The position numbers and the translations under genes were made by a program. This document shows, one piece after another, positions 1-15,000 of a stretch of 64,000 nucleotides of DNA. The first letter of the stretch is position 1; each line of letters begins with the position of its first letter. Under the pieces are notes generated by a model. The model worked only from the letters and a program-made list of their open reading frames with translations, made no database searches and was not told where the DNA came from. Source of the stretch: Candidatus Omnitrophota bacterium (GTDB taxonomy: Bacteria > Omnitrophota > Gorgyraeia > Duberdicusellales > 4484-171); the NCBI GenBank assembly GCA_037146775.1, contig JBAWWL010000001.1:69464-133463 (forward strand), in the 5' to 3' direction.

Positions 1-1
1 C

Positions 2-3000
2 GGTTTGATGCTTACCCTGCAAGACTATTTTCTTAAAAGGGCGCATTATGATTTGATACCCGAAACCATATATTATCCCGGCTATAGCAATGCAACTTAT
101 CTAGATGAATACTGCTTTTCTCGTGAATTCAGGGCAAAGCATGGAGTGGTCGATGAGGCGGCGAAAGAGATTGTGGATAGAGTTGGCCAGGATAATTTTT
201 CTAAGAAAGATAGGCCTAACCATATACCTACGGAGGCGACAGAAAAGATTGTTGCTGCAATTAATGCCTGGATTGATATAAATACAGATATAAGGTTATT
301 CCTTGACGATCTTTTGGGAAAACAAATAAATGCTTTAAGGTTACACTCAGGGCAGCCATTAGTCCTTTTTGATACCTTAGCATCAGGAAAAACAGTAATG
401 ACCATTGCGGCATATATTAGGCGGATGAGGCCTGATATTTCCGTAGATGTTATGATTGCTGCCTCCAAAAGTTACTTGCCTGGCGTTATGCATAAATATG
501 GAGGTATTGGCGCAGCGATGTGGGAACCGGTATGGCCGTTTTTCTTTGATGGCTTTGATGAAAATGGGCTTGTGCAGTTTTCTCAAGATAGAATTGGGAG
601 CAATATATTTGATTTTCTTTTATTTGCCATGCTTAGCTATAACCGTTCATTGATTGGTCAAGACTCTGAGTTAGAAGGAAGAATACTTAATGAAGCCCGA
701 GTGACTTATGGTGATAAATGGCAATTCCTTTTTCCTGAAGCAGAAGGAAGCGTTAGCTCTCCCTTGCGCTCTGCCGGCGATGATAGATTTAAACTTTTAT
801 ATCAGGCAGCTAAAGGCGCGCAGAGCGATTTTGGCAGTCTTTATTGGGAAATTCTTGATGTGTTTAGAAGGAGAACTTCTTTTGATAGAATGACTGATTG
901 TAAATATGTAGATGGAGCTCTATCGTTTGTTGACCGGCAGATAATTTTCCCGCTTCTATATCGACTTGAAGAAAACCGTGAGTCCCCGGTTGCCTTAACG
1001 CCTGATGAGGTATTTGAGTATTTTTGTAGAATTAGCGAAGCAATCGATGTTATATCCGGCTTATACGCGCAGGTTCGCTGGGATAAAAATATTTCTCAAA
1101 CTGCGGCCTATGAATTAAATTTTGACGATGGGCCTTTACATAGAATCATTGAAAAGGTGCTACTACCGTTACAAAGAGCTTTGAATCGCCATTGCGCGTC
1201 TTCGCCGTTTTTATCATCAAGTGAAATCGACAATTTTTATTCTCCCAACAATGCTTTTGGGGAGGGTAATTTATTATCACGCCACCATCAGGCAGATTTA
1301 ATTATTGAGGTTTTCCCTAAGACCATAATAAAGAGAGGAAGTGTCTATAGAAAGAAGGGCTGGCAGGAGACTTTACCAATAGACTTAGCGTCACAAAACG
1401 CAGATAAAATCCGCTCGGCAATACAGACTTTGAATGATATTACGTCGGCCGATAGCGACATAATAGCAAGAGCCCGTAGGTTTGAAGAGGAAGTTACCGT
1501 GGTAGAGGTAGCTATGCCGGGCCACTTCTTGCTTTACGGAAGGGACGAGCAAAGCCAAGCTTATTACCAGGTAACTCACATTGGCAAGGAAAGTAAAATA
1601 CTTTATATTCCGCGAATGTTTTTGGAGGACATAGAGTACCCTCAATATATTGCTACAGTTTTGCATCATGACCAGATGGAAATAGAAGATTATTCCGCCA
1701 TGATTGCAGCGGGCAGAATCATTACTTATACGGTCGTGGAGGAAGCCCATCAGCGGGCTTTGGGGGTAGATCCTTTCGGAGTTTATACAAAAGTTATCAC
1801 ACGATGCGAGCGCATGATGGCAGTGAGTGATATGTTTACTACGAGCTTAGCAAGAGAACAAAGAAAAAGCGTGCGTAGGCAAATTGTAGAAAAGGTAAAT
1901 CAATTAAAAGCAGTTAGGCTAGCAGATCAAAAATCAAGAAAAACTCTTCCCGAAGAAAGATTCCTCTTGGCGGATATATCAAAATTGAACATTCAACTAG
2001 CCTGTCTTTACGAGATTGATGATAGCCACAATAAGGCAGCAAGGCATTATAAGTTAGCTATCGAGACTTTAAGCGTCATTAAAACAGATGCAGAGATTGA
2101 TGTTGGTTTCCTTCCTTTGCAGATTCACACGCGTTTAGTGTATATTTTAGCACGGCAAAAAATGTTGAGCGATCTAAGAAGAGAATTCAATAATTTTGCC
2201 AAGCTGAATATCGGAAGAGCGATGAATGATGCGGAAAGAGTTCTTTTTACTCTTTATATGGATCGCAATTTTGAAGCTGTAAAAATGACGGTCATTGAAA
2301 TTTTAACGCGGCACCTTAAGGCGGCGCAAGAAGATAGAAAACCCGCCTTAGAGCAGTGGCGGATATCTCAGGCTATAAAATTTATACAAAGATGTAACTA
2401 TGCTCCTCCGACAAATAATGGTACCCCCAGTGCTTCCTCGGCGGTTAATAATTATTTTTCGCAATTACACAGGCTGTTATCGCCAACCTTTTTATTAACC
2501 AGGAAAAGTTCAAGTTCACGACTTGCTACGAGCTACTCACGGCTAAACTTTGCCAGCTCGCCGCAGAGCCTTGGTGATAGCGGAAGATATAATGGAGAAA
2601 TTGTCTTGGATCTTGGAGAGCCGCAGGCAGTGGATAGATATTTCATGAGAGAACTCAGATGTCTTGAACAGGCTAAAGTATCTTTCCTTGGACAGCTAAA
2701 AAATGCCTTTCGCAGAGGCTTTTTCCACGAGACATCAGCTTTGATAATAATTGATTTAGATGATAATTATTTAAGATTTGACGTTGATTTAACAAGGAAA
2801 TTTTTGAGAATAGTTTCTCAACAAGGAGAGCATAAGGTAGGCCTCCTGCTAAAAGGCGAATTTATCCAGCAAGGCCCGATGCCCCAAATATTAGTGCCTT
2901 ATGCTGATGTCTGGGTGGCGAGTGGAGATGGAGAAGTTACCCCACTCCTTAAATATATTGGAAAATTTGTAGACGAAAGATCAATCGTTGATTTAACATC

Positions 3001-6000
3001 CGAAGAATTGGATGAAGAGTTCCTGGCTAAGGTTTTTGATGGTATTGAAACCGCAGGCATTATGGGAAGGACTTTATTGGAAAGATGCATAAGAAAGCCT
3101 GTTTACTCAAAATTAGTTAAGGCGAGAATTAGGCAAGTGCAGATAACCCTCTTAGAGGGGATATTGGGAGATTTTTATTGGGATGTTCGTCCAATGGTCG
3201 CTTACGAAAAAGAGAGGGCCGGTATTGAGTGGCATACGCATCGTTTTAACAAAGATAACCACCTTAGTTTAGTTGACATAATTCATTGGGATAGGCCTAA
3301 TAAAGCAAAAATAGTTGTTACTGAAACAGCAGATGGCCAATCTTACAGGTTAGGGTTATATCGCCCCAAAAGTCGTAACGCCGTTAAGTGTGCGCGTAAA
3401 GATTATGATGCCCTTATAGATAGACTGGGCATAGAAGCTGCAGTGATAAATGAAGAAATACCCGAAACATATTTTTATAAACGTTATCTTAACCTTTTGG
3501 AAAGAGACTCGACTCAAGGTAAGGTTTCCTCGGCGGTAAAAAAATCCCGCATCGGACAAATCGTGGATTCATCAGCTAATTTTTCTTCAAGTCCAATCAG
3601 GAAGAAGCGCAATCAAGGTAAGGTAAAAAGAGATAAATCAACAGAAGAGTTTGAGCGTAAGCTTTTAGAAGCTAGGAGATTTTTGTGGCGATTGTCTCTG
3701 GTAGTTACTATTATTTTTGTGCCGATTATGTTATCGGTTTCAGCTAAAACTGCTTCAATTCTGGGTATAGCCATTGCAACAGTAAGCATTATTCTTGTAC
3801 TTACCAAATATATTCCGGCCTTACGGGCAGAGCATAAATGGGTTCTGGCCAGCGGTGTCAATGCCGCAACGGTTCAAGCTAATTGGTTTATCCGATTAGT
3901 GCGCAGCACCCAGCGTTTATTTACGGCGCTTACCTTGAGGCTAGGCATGGCAGTTGCCCGTTGTACCGGTGCTCGCGCGAAAATAGAAAATGAAATTAGA
4001 TTAAAGATTGCACAAGAGATAGCCGAAACCAGAGCTTCTCTTGAAGCCACATGCCAGGAACTTGCCAGGATACGTCAAGATTTAGATAGAGAAAGGCTGG
4101 AACTAGAGCAGGCGCGTACACGTCTTGATCAGGATAGACGTGATTGGGATAAGGCGCGCGCGGTAAGAGAGAAGGAAGTTACTCAGGCTCGTCAGACGCA
4201 AAGTGCTGCTGACCGGGCTTCCCATGCCGCTTGTGAGGCGCAAGAATCATTAATCCAGGCGCAAACAGAATGGGATAGAAGAAGACAATTAGCAGAAGAT
4301 GGTATTGCTCGGAGAATGCAGCAGCTAGCCTTACAGGAAGAAGAGTTAGTAGAGAGAGAAAGGCGACTTAGCGATGGGCAAGTAGATTTAATAAGACAAG
4401 AAGCAGCATTACAGCAAAAGGAAGAGGATTTAGAAAGGCGTCAACGCGCCGCTCAACAAGATTTAGATAGTCGGCATAACCGCCTTCGTCAGTGGATGCG
4501 ATCTCTCTTACGTCAAGGCAGATTCTTGGATCAAAAAAGAGCCAACGTGGATAGAGAAGAGCGAGAATCATTAGCTAGGGCAGAGGCTCTCAGGGTGCGT
4601 CAGGAACAATTATACCGACAGGAAGAATCGATTCGAACACAAACCAGAGAGCTTCGAGCTATGCAAGATATACTCATGCAGGATTTAGCAAATCTTACCC
4701 GCGAGAGGATTGCTTTAAGCGAAGAGGAACTTTCGCTTTCAGCTCGTTATGCCGAAATTGACTCTAGGATAGCACAGCTTAATACAAGGATTGCTTTGCT
4801 TGAGAGTATGCTTGGCCAGTGGCGCGAGGCAAGAAATTGGTTATTAAGCGAACAGCGCAAGCTAGACGAACAAGAAGATTCTCAAGGTGCGCAAGCAAGC
4901 CGCCTGCAAGCTTTAGCTGATGAGTTAACTCAGCGAGAGCAAGATTTAACCCGAGGTTTTTCTGATCTCGCCGCTTGGTGTACGCAGATGGAAAGATTGC
5001 AACAAGATCTTTCTCAGCGAGAGTCATTGCTTGTTGAGCGGGAAGCCCGGGCGCGAGACATTGAGGAAGGACGTTTACCTAAGGCTACAGATGAACTTAT
5101 CAGATTATTTGTTGAATGGCAGCAAAGAATCGCTATCGACCATACTTGTCTTTTTGAAAGAGAAGGTTTATTAATCCAAGAAATATTATCAAGTCTGCGC
5201 GCTGCAATATCTCTTTCTGCACGTCTTTCTGTGCTGGATTTTGTTCTACGAAACAGAATGCATGAAGCGGTAAATACGCTCTTAATAATTATTGTCGATA
5301 AACTCGATGAATCGTTTACCAGCGCATTATCTTCTACTGAAGAAGAAAACGTTATTTCTTTGTCGCGATTGATTGCGCCGGCATTATTAATCGTGGAGGG
5401 TATATCAGAACTCAGGCCAGCAGTAGATGGGGTTGGTATAGTCATTCCGCAAACATATACCGGTTTCCCCGCACGGATTTTAAGAGCACAGCGTTTTATC
5501 GAGGAGCGTTCGTATAGATTTGCCCAAGAGAGCCGTGATATTACAACAGAGGTAGAAAGTAACGAGGCATCTCTTACTAAAGGCCAAGCCTTAGTAATTA
5601 CGCATCGATTTAGCCGCCGACGCATTGTTTTAGAATGGAATGGTGAAACTGAATTTGTGACTTTTAGTCCAAAGCCGCTGGTTAAATTCACTCTTCATAC
5701 TCCTCTTGGCCTATGTCTTGTAAAGGGCCAGGAGTCGTATTGGTCTCGAGCTCACCAGCACCGCCCGCCTTTATCGCTGCACCAGAGACTTGCTAATCAC
5801 AGAAGACTTACCACAAGTGCTTCGGATACCGCTTCTGGAGTTTATAAAGAAAATGGCGTTGAATGTCTTAATCAGGCGAAAAAAGAAGGATCGTCTATAT
5901 ATATTTTTATAGACGATATGATTGAAGAATCAATGAACCACGGAATTGCCTTTTTGATTGACGAAATGGTGTGGCTATTGCGTTTACACTTATTAAGGAT

Positions 6001-9000
6001 GAGCGATGACTCTCAAACAGTTTTTGTTAGCGTGCATGACCCATATAAAATGTTTGAACAGCCATTAGTTATTACTAATGCTCGTGAGAGTTCATCTCCT
6101 TTAAGACAAATTATCGCTTCCCGGTCAGATTTTAGCGTTGAAGAAATAGCGGCGGTATCAAAAGTTTCTGCTTACGCTTTAGCCGGCCGTGATTTTGACC
6201 CGGCAAGAGCAATGTATTATATACCATTTTTACGCTTCCGGGCCAAAGAAACAGGTTATGCTAATGTGGTTAGTTATGTGCAAGCAATGACAGGGGGAGG
6301 CTCTTTATTACCGAAAGAGAGAACTGTGCGAAGGGAGCGAGATTATCTTTATGGCTGTTTCAATGGCTCTTGGGATGCGCATCCAGGCACATCCGGACCG
6401 GGCTTTGAAGAAAGAACTAAGAGGTTTCTTCTACAGCACATTAGAGATCTTTTAGGGCAAGGCAAGCAAGGAACTGGGAAGGTTATCCTTAAAGATATTG
6501 GTCCAGGCCGCGGTAAAATTATACCTCCGGAATTAGTACCATTGCTAGAATATTTAGCCAAGTTTATCCGTAGCCCTACAGGATGGGAACTGGTTATATA
6601 TGCCTATGATGTGCAAACCAGCCATTTGTTGGATTTAGAAAACCTATTGCTACAGCAACGTTTTCCTTTCGGTACAGTCCGGCTTAATTTTAGATATGCT
6701 GATTTAAGAGATAATAAACAGTTCCGCTATATTTGCCAGGAGCAAAGTGACATAAGTATCTTCCGTAACATCCCTGCGCCGCAAAATGCCCGGCAGCGGC
6801 AATATTTGCGTGATTTATTAAGAAGCCGGATTTCTTCTGGTGGTTTTCTCGCCTATAAAGTTTGTCAAGGAGAAGAACAGATTCTGGGTCCGATTGGAAT
6901 CGATCTCTCAGTTCCGTTTCCGAGTCAAAATCGCTTCAGCTTATTGCCAAAATTTAGTATCGGCAGTTTATTATCGTGGTTGCATGCCAGTTCTAGCCCG
7001 TTACAACAGCAAGTAGAAATAGAGCCGGTTAGGAGCTATCTGGCTAAATTAGTACTTAGTCATCCCGTTATTGGTCGTAACGACAGATTACGTAGTTTCT
7101 TTATGACTGCTATCCACCGAGTGAAAGAATATCCACATTTTGAAAAACTAAATCCTCAAGAAATCATAAGACGACCTTTATTTATTATGTTTTATCCTTC
7201 ACCCAGAAGAGATATGGATAGGTTAATCATTCCATATAATGTTGTTTCTTTAGCAAGTGCATTAGCAGCAAAAGAAATTAATGTAGTCTTGGCGCCCATG
7301 CCGGAAGAGTTTGCTGCTCCGCCATATTATCGTGAAAATCAAGTTAATGTAGAGCGCAGTTATCCTTTCTTGCACGATTGGCTGGTTATGCTCGTTCAAC
7401 GCTATGTAGATATATTCCGGGCATTTGGCTTGAGTAGCGATGAAGCAATGGAAAAAATAAATATCGGTATTTCTATGTTTGATGCCACTTACTTGGAAGG
7501 ATTAGCCTTAATTGAAATTACACGAAGAATTTTACCTAAAATACGTGTATTTGCCGGTGGCCCGCTCGTTTCCGCCGAAGGAGAAGCAAAAACAGCCCTT
7601 AAAGAAATGATGCATAATATGCGTCCTCATGGGCCAAATGTTTTGATTAATGGAGAAGCCGAGGAATTATTACCCGAAGTAGTTTGGAAATTAGATGGTT
7701 TAGCCGCCGATAAAGCTATTAGCGAATTAACCGCTCATCAATTTGATGATAAACAAGGATTAGCTTTAGCTTTTGCTGGCAGATGCTATGAATTTGGCTT
7801 TGAGAGGAAAAATTTTATTCCGCAATTCCGTATGGATACTTTGAGTTTTTATCCGGAATTTGTCGCTGAAGACGTGAATATTCTTTATGTCCCGGAGCGA
7901 GGCTGTCGGCGTAATCCGCGCTGCAGTTTTTGTTCTTTCACTATGGTACCGGGTGTACGTATGCCTCAATCCGAAAAAATCGTGCGTGAATTACGAGATA
8001 TCGACAGAGTTGTGGGCGAGTTTAAACAGGATTGGAGGGCAGGTGTTTTAAGCGGCAACTTTAGAAGTTTATATGATTTTCCGCTTTCAAGAGTAGACAG
8101 AGAATTTGTTTATCAGTTTAGCTGTGCAGTTTTAACAGAAATTACCGGCGATATACAGGCGTTAGGTGTTTTACCTGCTAATATTGCTCACCATCTTAAT
8201 TTTTGCAGGCAATCTGGGTATTTGGCACAGCTTATTCAAATAGCTACCGCGCTACATTTGCACTATCGAGTTGATATGTTGGTTATCCTGACAAACCTGG
8301 TAGCAAGTAATATTCTTTGTGAGAATAAAACACGATTAATCATAGAAGATGATAGCTTTTTACAGAGAAAAAGAATAGCTATGGAAGTAATACAAGCGCT
8401 TAAGACAGAACCTTTAAAAAACATATGTTTAATAGCTTTTCAGGCTCACTTGGCTGATTTCAATAAAGCGGGATTTGAGGGCGATGTTGCGTTAGCTCAA
8501 TTAGTGAGTGAAGTATTAAAAGACCTAGATCAGAGTATAGTAACTGGCTTAGAAAGCGGCAGTAATAAAAATTTAGGCGATTGGGGAAAAGGCTTTGATT
8601 GGCCATGGGCTTACCAACGTATTCGGTGGCTTGACGAGAGAAGTGTCCATGTTGCATTGAATATAATTATTGCTGGAGAAGAAAATGTTCCTCAAGAAAT
8701 AATCGAGTCTTTAGGTAATTTAGCCTATTTACTTTTGAGTACTCAATATGTAACTATTGCCTATGTGGCTCCTTTTGTGATGCCTTTAAGAGGTTCAAGA
8801 CTAGGAAGGAATTTTGACGCACGCAATCATTCCTGTGCTTTAGCTTGCGGTTGGGCAGAGAGGTATTTAGAAAAACCCATAGTTCTTATGGCTTTCCCTC
8901 GCGATGAAGTAGCATTAAGAGTGCTTATAGCGTACGAAGCAGATTTGAGGTCTTGTGCCGGTGCCTCAAGGGCTGAAACAGTAACAATTTTTAGGCGAGT

Positions 9001-12000
9001 CATGCAGGAATTAAGAAACACAGCGCGTCATGTGCAGCACCCGGATTTAGCTTTAATCGAAAGGGTATATAATGAAAAAGAAGAAATAGTTGTTAGCGTT
9101 TCTAGCCCTCTTAAGGGAACGCTATCCCAGTTAGGGGGGGATACCTGGAATATTGTTTCTTCCTCAATAGCGGTGCAAATTAAAAAAATTATTAACGAAA
9201 TAGAAATTAGTAATGATGATTCGCAACAAAAACGAAATGCTGAACAGTTGCAGCAGATTCTTCCTCAGGATACTAACCTAAAGCTGACAACTATCCAGGT
9301 GAGTATATTGATAAATGCCATAAAAAGAGCTACGGAGCATTATGCGCGGTTTAGCCTTGCTGAAGCTTTAGGCCAGGCAATACGTAACAATCCTATTTTA
9401 GTAGAAGAAACAATTATGGTTATCGGCCAATGCCAAGATTCTTCTGAAGTTTACTATTTTTCTCATGCCCTGCAAAAAGCTATGGAAAATAATTTAAGTA
9501 TTAAATTCTCCTTGCCTCAGGCCGGTATCTTGGTTGATGTTATTGTCAAGTTTGCTTATGCGCCTGTGCGTTTATTGCTTGGCCGTTGTTTGTTCCAGGC
9601 GCTGCAAAATGATTTGTTTCTAAAGCTTACAATTACACAAATTAAGTCATTACTTGAGGTCAGCAAGTTACCGGATACGCCGGATGCGCTCGTTTCTGTC
9701 TTAGGTCAAGCTTTCAAAAACGATCCTTCGCTGAAACTTGAGGTACCGCAAGTGCAAATTCTAGTTGATGGGCTTAAAAATGCAAAGCGTGACGATTTAC
9801 GGTGTAGCTTCTCCTTTGCGTTAGGCGTGGCAGCCATCAATCACCATCCTTTAGTTGCAACTATCATTGATGCTATCGATGGCTGCGATGATAATATGGC
9901 ATGTTACCGTTTCGCCAATTCCTTGGACCAGGCTTTAAGCAGCGACCGTTCTGTAGTGCTTGGTGATGATCAGGCACGTGTATTGGTTAAAACGTTAAAA
10001 CGTATATATGCTGCAAGTCATGTGCAGAGAGAAGCTTTACCTGGGCATATCGGAACTTTAGTTCGCTCTACACCGAGGGTTCAGGATGATAATATTGAGT
10101 TTATGTTTGTCACTGTTTTAAGCCGAGCGGTTTTTAATCGGCATGATTTATTTGTATTTTTGAGCGAGGTCATAGAATATCTATTAAGCATAGATATGCA
10201 ATATTTATTAAGACTTGTCGATGCTATTCATGCCGAAATTCTGTCTTTGTGGCTTGTGCCCGATAAAGTTTATGTTTATGTACAACTATTCTTGGCAAAA
10301 ACCGATTTAGTAACTGCAAAAATCCTGCTTTCAAAATATTTCGAGAAGTGTCCGCAAAACAAATTTGCTTCAAACTTAGCCGAGCGCGGTGATTATGACT
10401 GGCCGCTTATTTTAAGCACCATCGAACAGAATCTACTCATGCAGCCATGCTATCGTGATGAATGTGTGGCAGTAGTTACCAGCGCCGAGTACGACCAGCA
10501 GAAGCTCTTGGCGGTGATGCTTAAGCAAAGAGTCTATTGCGCTGATGCCAAACAGCGAGGGGTAGTGCCTTTGCCTGTTCTTTATACCGGAATCACCCTT
10601 TCCAATCTCAGCCAATATCTTGGCTATTATACCTTAGTCTGGGAAGAATTCAGGCAATTCATGGATGTTAACCATGGCTGGTTTCACCAGAATCCCGGCG
10701 CTTTTCTCCAAGATCCGGCAAGAGAAAACCTCAGACCGGCTAAGGCGTCAAGCGCGATAGATGCCAGCACACAAGTTCAGGGATATATCACTACCATAGA
10801 GATCGCTGCTACTAATAGCCAAATAATGACCGCCGCTCATTTTCTGATAGTCTTACTCAAAGAGCGGGAAGCTCTTACGTTAAGCCTTGCGCAAGCTAGA
10901 ATAGTTTTAGCTGCTTTTAGCCGCGTAAGTTATGATACGGAAGCCGGTTACTATCTTGCCTATGTTTTACGTACTGCTCAAGAAAGAAATAGTACTATCG
11001 TCTTTTCGCGTGACGAAGCTAAAATATTTGCTAAAGCCATCGGAGAACATCCGGAAGCCAATACCCGCACTATGCTGTCTTTTGCTTATGGCCGGGCAAT
11101 ATCTCGCGGTCCGCCGGAATTATTAACAGATTTATCCACTGCCCTTGAAGAAATCCAAGATGCCACCGCTATTAGATATTTGGTTTCAGCCTTTGAGGCA
11201 GCGCTAGAAAATAACACTTCCATTATCGTTTCAGGGGAAACAATGGATATTCTAATCAGCGTCAATAAGAGGCTAAAAAGCTCCGATACAACTTTAGCTA
11301 AAGTATTAGGTCAAATAATCATCCGTAACCCCGCATTACGGGAAAAATTGATTAATGCGATTAGGGGAAAGCAGGAGTCAGAGGTACGCTTTAATTTAGC
11401 GTATGCTTTACATAATGCGCTTGACACCAGTATCAGCATTCAACTTCCTGACAATGAAATTAATATTTTGGTCGATATTTTAAGAGGAGATACAAAGACA
11501 GATGAACGTTTATGGTTAATATCTGCCTTAGGCGTGGCTATTGTTAATAATCCTAAGCAGGTTGCTTTATTGATTACCGCTATTACAGATACAAGAGAAA
11601 ACAAAAAACGCTATCATTTAGTTTCTTCCTTGCATGCCGTCCTTAGTAAGGGAAAAGCCATTTCGCTTATATATACGCAAGCCGCTGTTTTATTGGAAAT
11701 TATTAAAGGAATTAATGAAGTAGATATACGTTCACGTTTTGCTGCCACTCTGGCTTTAGCTGCGGCTGACAATCAAGAGCTTGTCGCGCTGCTTAATCAG
11801 GCGCGAGATTATCTTATAAATATAAATGATTCTGATAGCATTATCGAAATCGTTAAGGCGCTTACTTTCAAAGCGCTTACCCATCAAAAAGCTGCCTGGT
11901 TTACGGTTCAGGAATTTTATTTCTATTTAATATTTTTAATGAGAAAGGCGCGCATAAATGAAGTAAAAGATCTTGCTAAACAATATCTTACTGCTTACCC

Positions 12001-15000
12001 CCGTACAGATTTTCATACCCTTGAGGCTACGCAAGAACAATCCGATTGGGTGCTTATTTTAAGTACTATCGATCGCCCTTTGCTCATGCAGTCATGTTAC
12101 CGCGATGAATATGTAGCGGTAGTAGTGAGCACCGAGCACGAAGAGCAGAAATTTTTAGCGGTAATGCTAAAACAAAGAATTTACTGTGATGATGCGGCTA
12201 CCAGAGGGGTGTTACCCGCGCCTATTCTTTATACCGGCATAACTCTCTCAAACCTTAATCAATACCTGAGTCATTACACTTTAATCTGGGAAGAGTTTAA
12301 GAGGTTTATGGATGCTAACTATGTCCGGTTCCACCAGAATACCGGCGATTTTCTTCAAGATCCGGCAAAAGAAAATCTAAGGCCAGTTAAAGCGTCAAGC
12401 GCGATAGAGCTAACTTCAGGGGAATGGGTAAAGAGATTCTTGGAAGCTGAGACAGAAGAAAAAAAGCTTGGCGTAATTCGTGAGCTAGGAATCGCTGCTT
12501 CTCAAGGCAGCCAACCCGCTGCTGAGGCACTTAAGGAAATAATTACTTCTCAAGTCTCTGAAAGTATAAAAAAAGCAGCAATCGAAGCATTGGCAGAGGC
12601 TATTGAGCGTGGCAGTCCGTGCGCCGTCACCGTCATGGAAGAGCTCGCTGATACTTTTAAAATAATAATCACCTCCCAAGCTTCTATGAGCATAAGCGCA
12701 ACAATTAGAGCATTAGGGTTAGCTGCTTCCCGTCGCAGTAAACCTGCCCTTGCCGCCATAGAAGAACTTGCTGATACTTTGGAAGAAATCATCGCCTCTC
12801 ATTCTGAAGGCGCAAAAGAAGCAGCAATCAGGGCATTAGGAACTGCTGTTGAGTGTGGCAGCCAAACTGCTATAACCGCCATAGGAAAGTCTTTTGGTGC
12901 TTTAAAAGGCGTTATTGCATCTCAATCTCATGAGATTTTAAAAGAGATGGCAAAGTCATTGCTTAGAGACTTTTTGCACAGTGATCAAAAATTTTTGGTT
13001 AAGGAGGCTGCCAAGGGTGAGATGGACTGGCCTATTATTCTAAACAATATCTATCAAAGTTTGCTCATACAAGAACAATACCTTGGTGACTATGTAGAGG
13101 TGGTAGTCAGCGCCGACCATGAAGAACAAAACCTTCTGGCAGTGATGCTAAAGCAAAGAATCTATTGTGATGATGCAGTTACCAGGGGAGTGCTGCCTGT
13201 GCCTGTTCTTTATACTGGAATAATTCTCTTAAGCCTCAGTCAATACCTTAGCCATTATACTTTAGCCTGGGGAGAGTTTAGGAAGTTTATGGATGCCAAT
13301 CATGCTTTGTTTCATGCTCAACCCGCCATGTTTAGCCGGGATCCGACAAGAGAAGAGCTGAGGCCAAGAAAAGATAGATCATCGAGTATACTAGAAAATA
13401 TACATAATGGTCCAAGCCCCCTTTTTTATTCTAGTCATAATTTGTTGGGGGCGTCAGTACAAAGTGCCTCCAGTCCAACCATAGATTATTCAAAGCTTTT
13501 AGATCCATCCGGACGCATTACCCCGGGATTATTATTTCAAACTGATGATTCTTATGTAACACACGCGAGAGGATTATTAACTCAAGCTACCGTTGATCCG
13601 CTTGCCTTATGTTGGGCAATTCTTACTTTAACGGTTAAATTTTTCCCTGACGGCTTAAACTGTTTTAATGTTTTGCCGCTTAGGGCAAGTTTATTAGCGG
13701 AGGATTATCATGGGTTATCCCAAGACCATAACTTCTCTTTTATGCAAAGATTATTAAATCAGGGGGTTGAGATAATTAGGGACTATAAGGCTATAACAGG
13801 TTACCAGAGTGAATTCGTTTCCAGGTTTCCGGAAATTATAATAACAGCATCTCAAGAGCATTTAGGTTATGTGCAGGGTAACCTGAATAATTTGCGAGGG
13901 TTACTAAGAATTGCTCCTTTTGTTGAATTAATAGACGGTTTAACATGGAATGCCGGACGGAATAATTTCGGAACACTTTTCCGGGATCAACTGTGCGTCG
14001 CTATGAGTAATGCTTCTGACTACGCAGGTAATCTTGAATTATTCGCCAAACTGACAGCAGTTCTAAAACAATCTAGCTCACCACTCGAAGAATACACAAC
14101 CAAATCCCTGCCTTGCCGGCAGGCAGGCCACCTCCGGGGTGGGCTTTGGTTGAAAAGCAAAATTCACACCAGTTCGCCACTTGCTCAATATCCGGATTCG
14201 GAGACGATGTATCAAGATATAAAAACATTTATTGAGCGCATCGATCCATATTTACATTATCAATTAGAACAGTCTTTATATGAGCGTCCGGGAAGGCTTG
14301 ATGGTTGGCCAATAGTTTGTATTACCAGTTCTTATGTCCTTGGTAACATTTTAGCCAGGTATTTTGGGGATAAATATGGCTTAGTTTTTGGTGGTTACGC
14401 GCCAAACAGAATTGATTTTATAATGACCGAAGCGGAATTTGTGGAGGTCGATGGTTATGTAAGTTCCGGTGATCAGGGAGCGTTGATGTTGGTTTTGGGC
14501 GGCCGCGACTATGCCTTAATTAATGTGATGTACGGTTTAATCGATCCAGATTTTTGCTGGCGCACGCTGGTTGATAGAATTGATGATTACCCGAGTAAAG
14601 AAGAATTACTCAATAGGCGCAAATTCATCTGGATTGACGAAGAAACAAGGAGAGAGTCGGGCGGCGATTCTCACGGAGTTGCCAGATGGGCCTGGGAGGG
14701 CGCCTGGACGATTGCTGATAAAATTGACTGGGAGAATGTTCCCCAGACAGAACCCATAAAAACTATCAGTGGTTTATTTAGGCCATTTTGCGGCCCTTCC
14801 AGTTCGCATACTGCCGGAGCTAATAGAATTGCTACTTCCGCAAGAGAAGTTTTCTTTGCGCATCAGCAAGATTTAGGCGAATTAACCGAAATTAATGTTA
14901 CGGTTTACGATTCATATGCGACCACCGGTACAGGCCACCAGACGGCAGAAGCTTTAATTGCCGGTTTGCTGGGTATGCGTATGGATAATCCTATGATGTG

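Larger units (their letters stand above)
9060..12960 (+). other. HEAT/ARM-like alpha-helical repeat region (PBS-lyase-type HEAT repeats), interleaved with a thrice-repeated ~125-aa module
   Basis: Repetitive ~30-40 aa units such as ...EVRFNLAYALHNALDTSISIQLPDNEINILVDILRGD... and ...AAIEALAEAIERGSPCAVTVMEELADTFK..AAIRALGTAVECGSQTAITAIGKS.. Confidence 0.5.

Noticed and set aside
5014-5691. Longest ORF in the supplied track (225 aa, minus strand), and other minus-strand ORFs such as 26260-26775 (171 aa) and 22189-22611 (140 aa)
   Set aside because: They lie antisense to the continuous phase-2 + strand frame and fall in coiled-coil or linker low-complexity regions, where antisense frames stay open by chance. 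The translations are Ser/Arg/Ile-rich without motifs. The + phase opposite them carries clear domain signatures.
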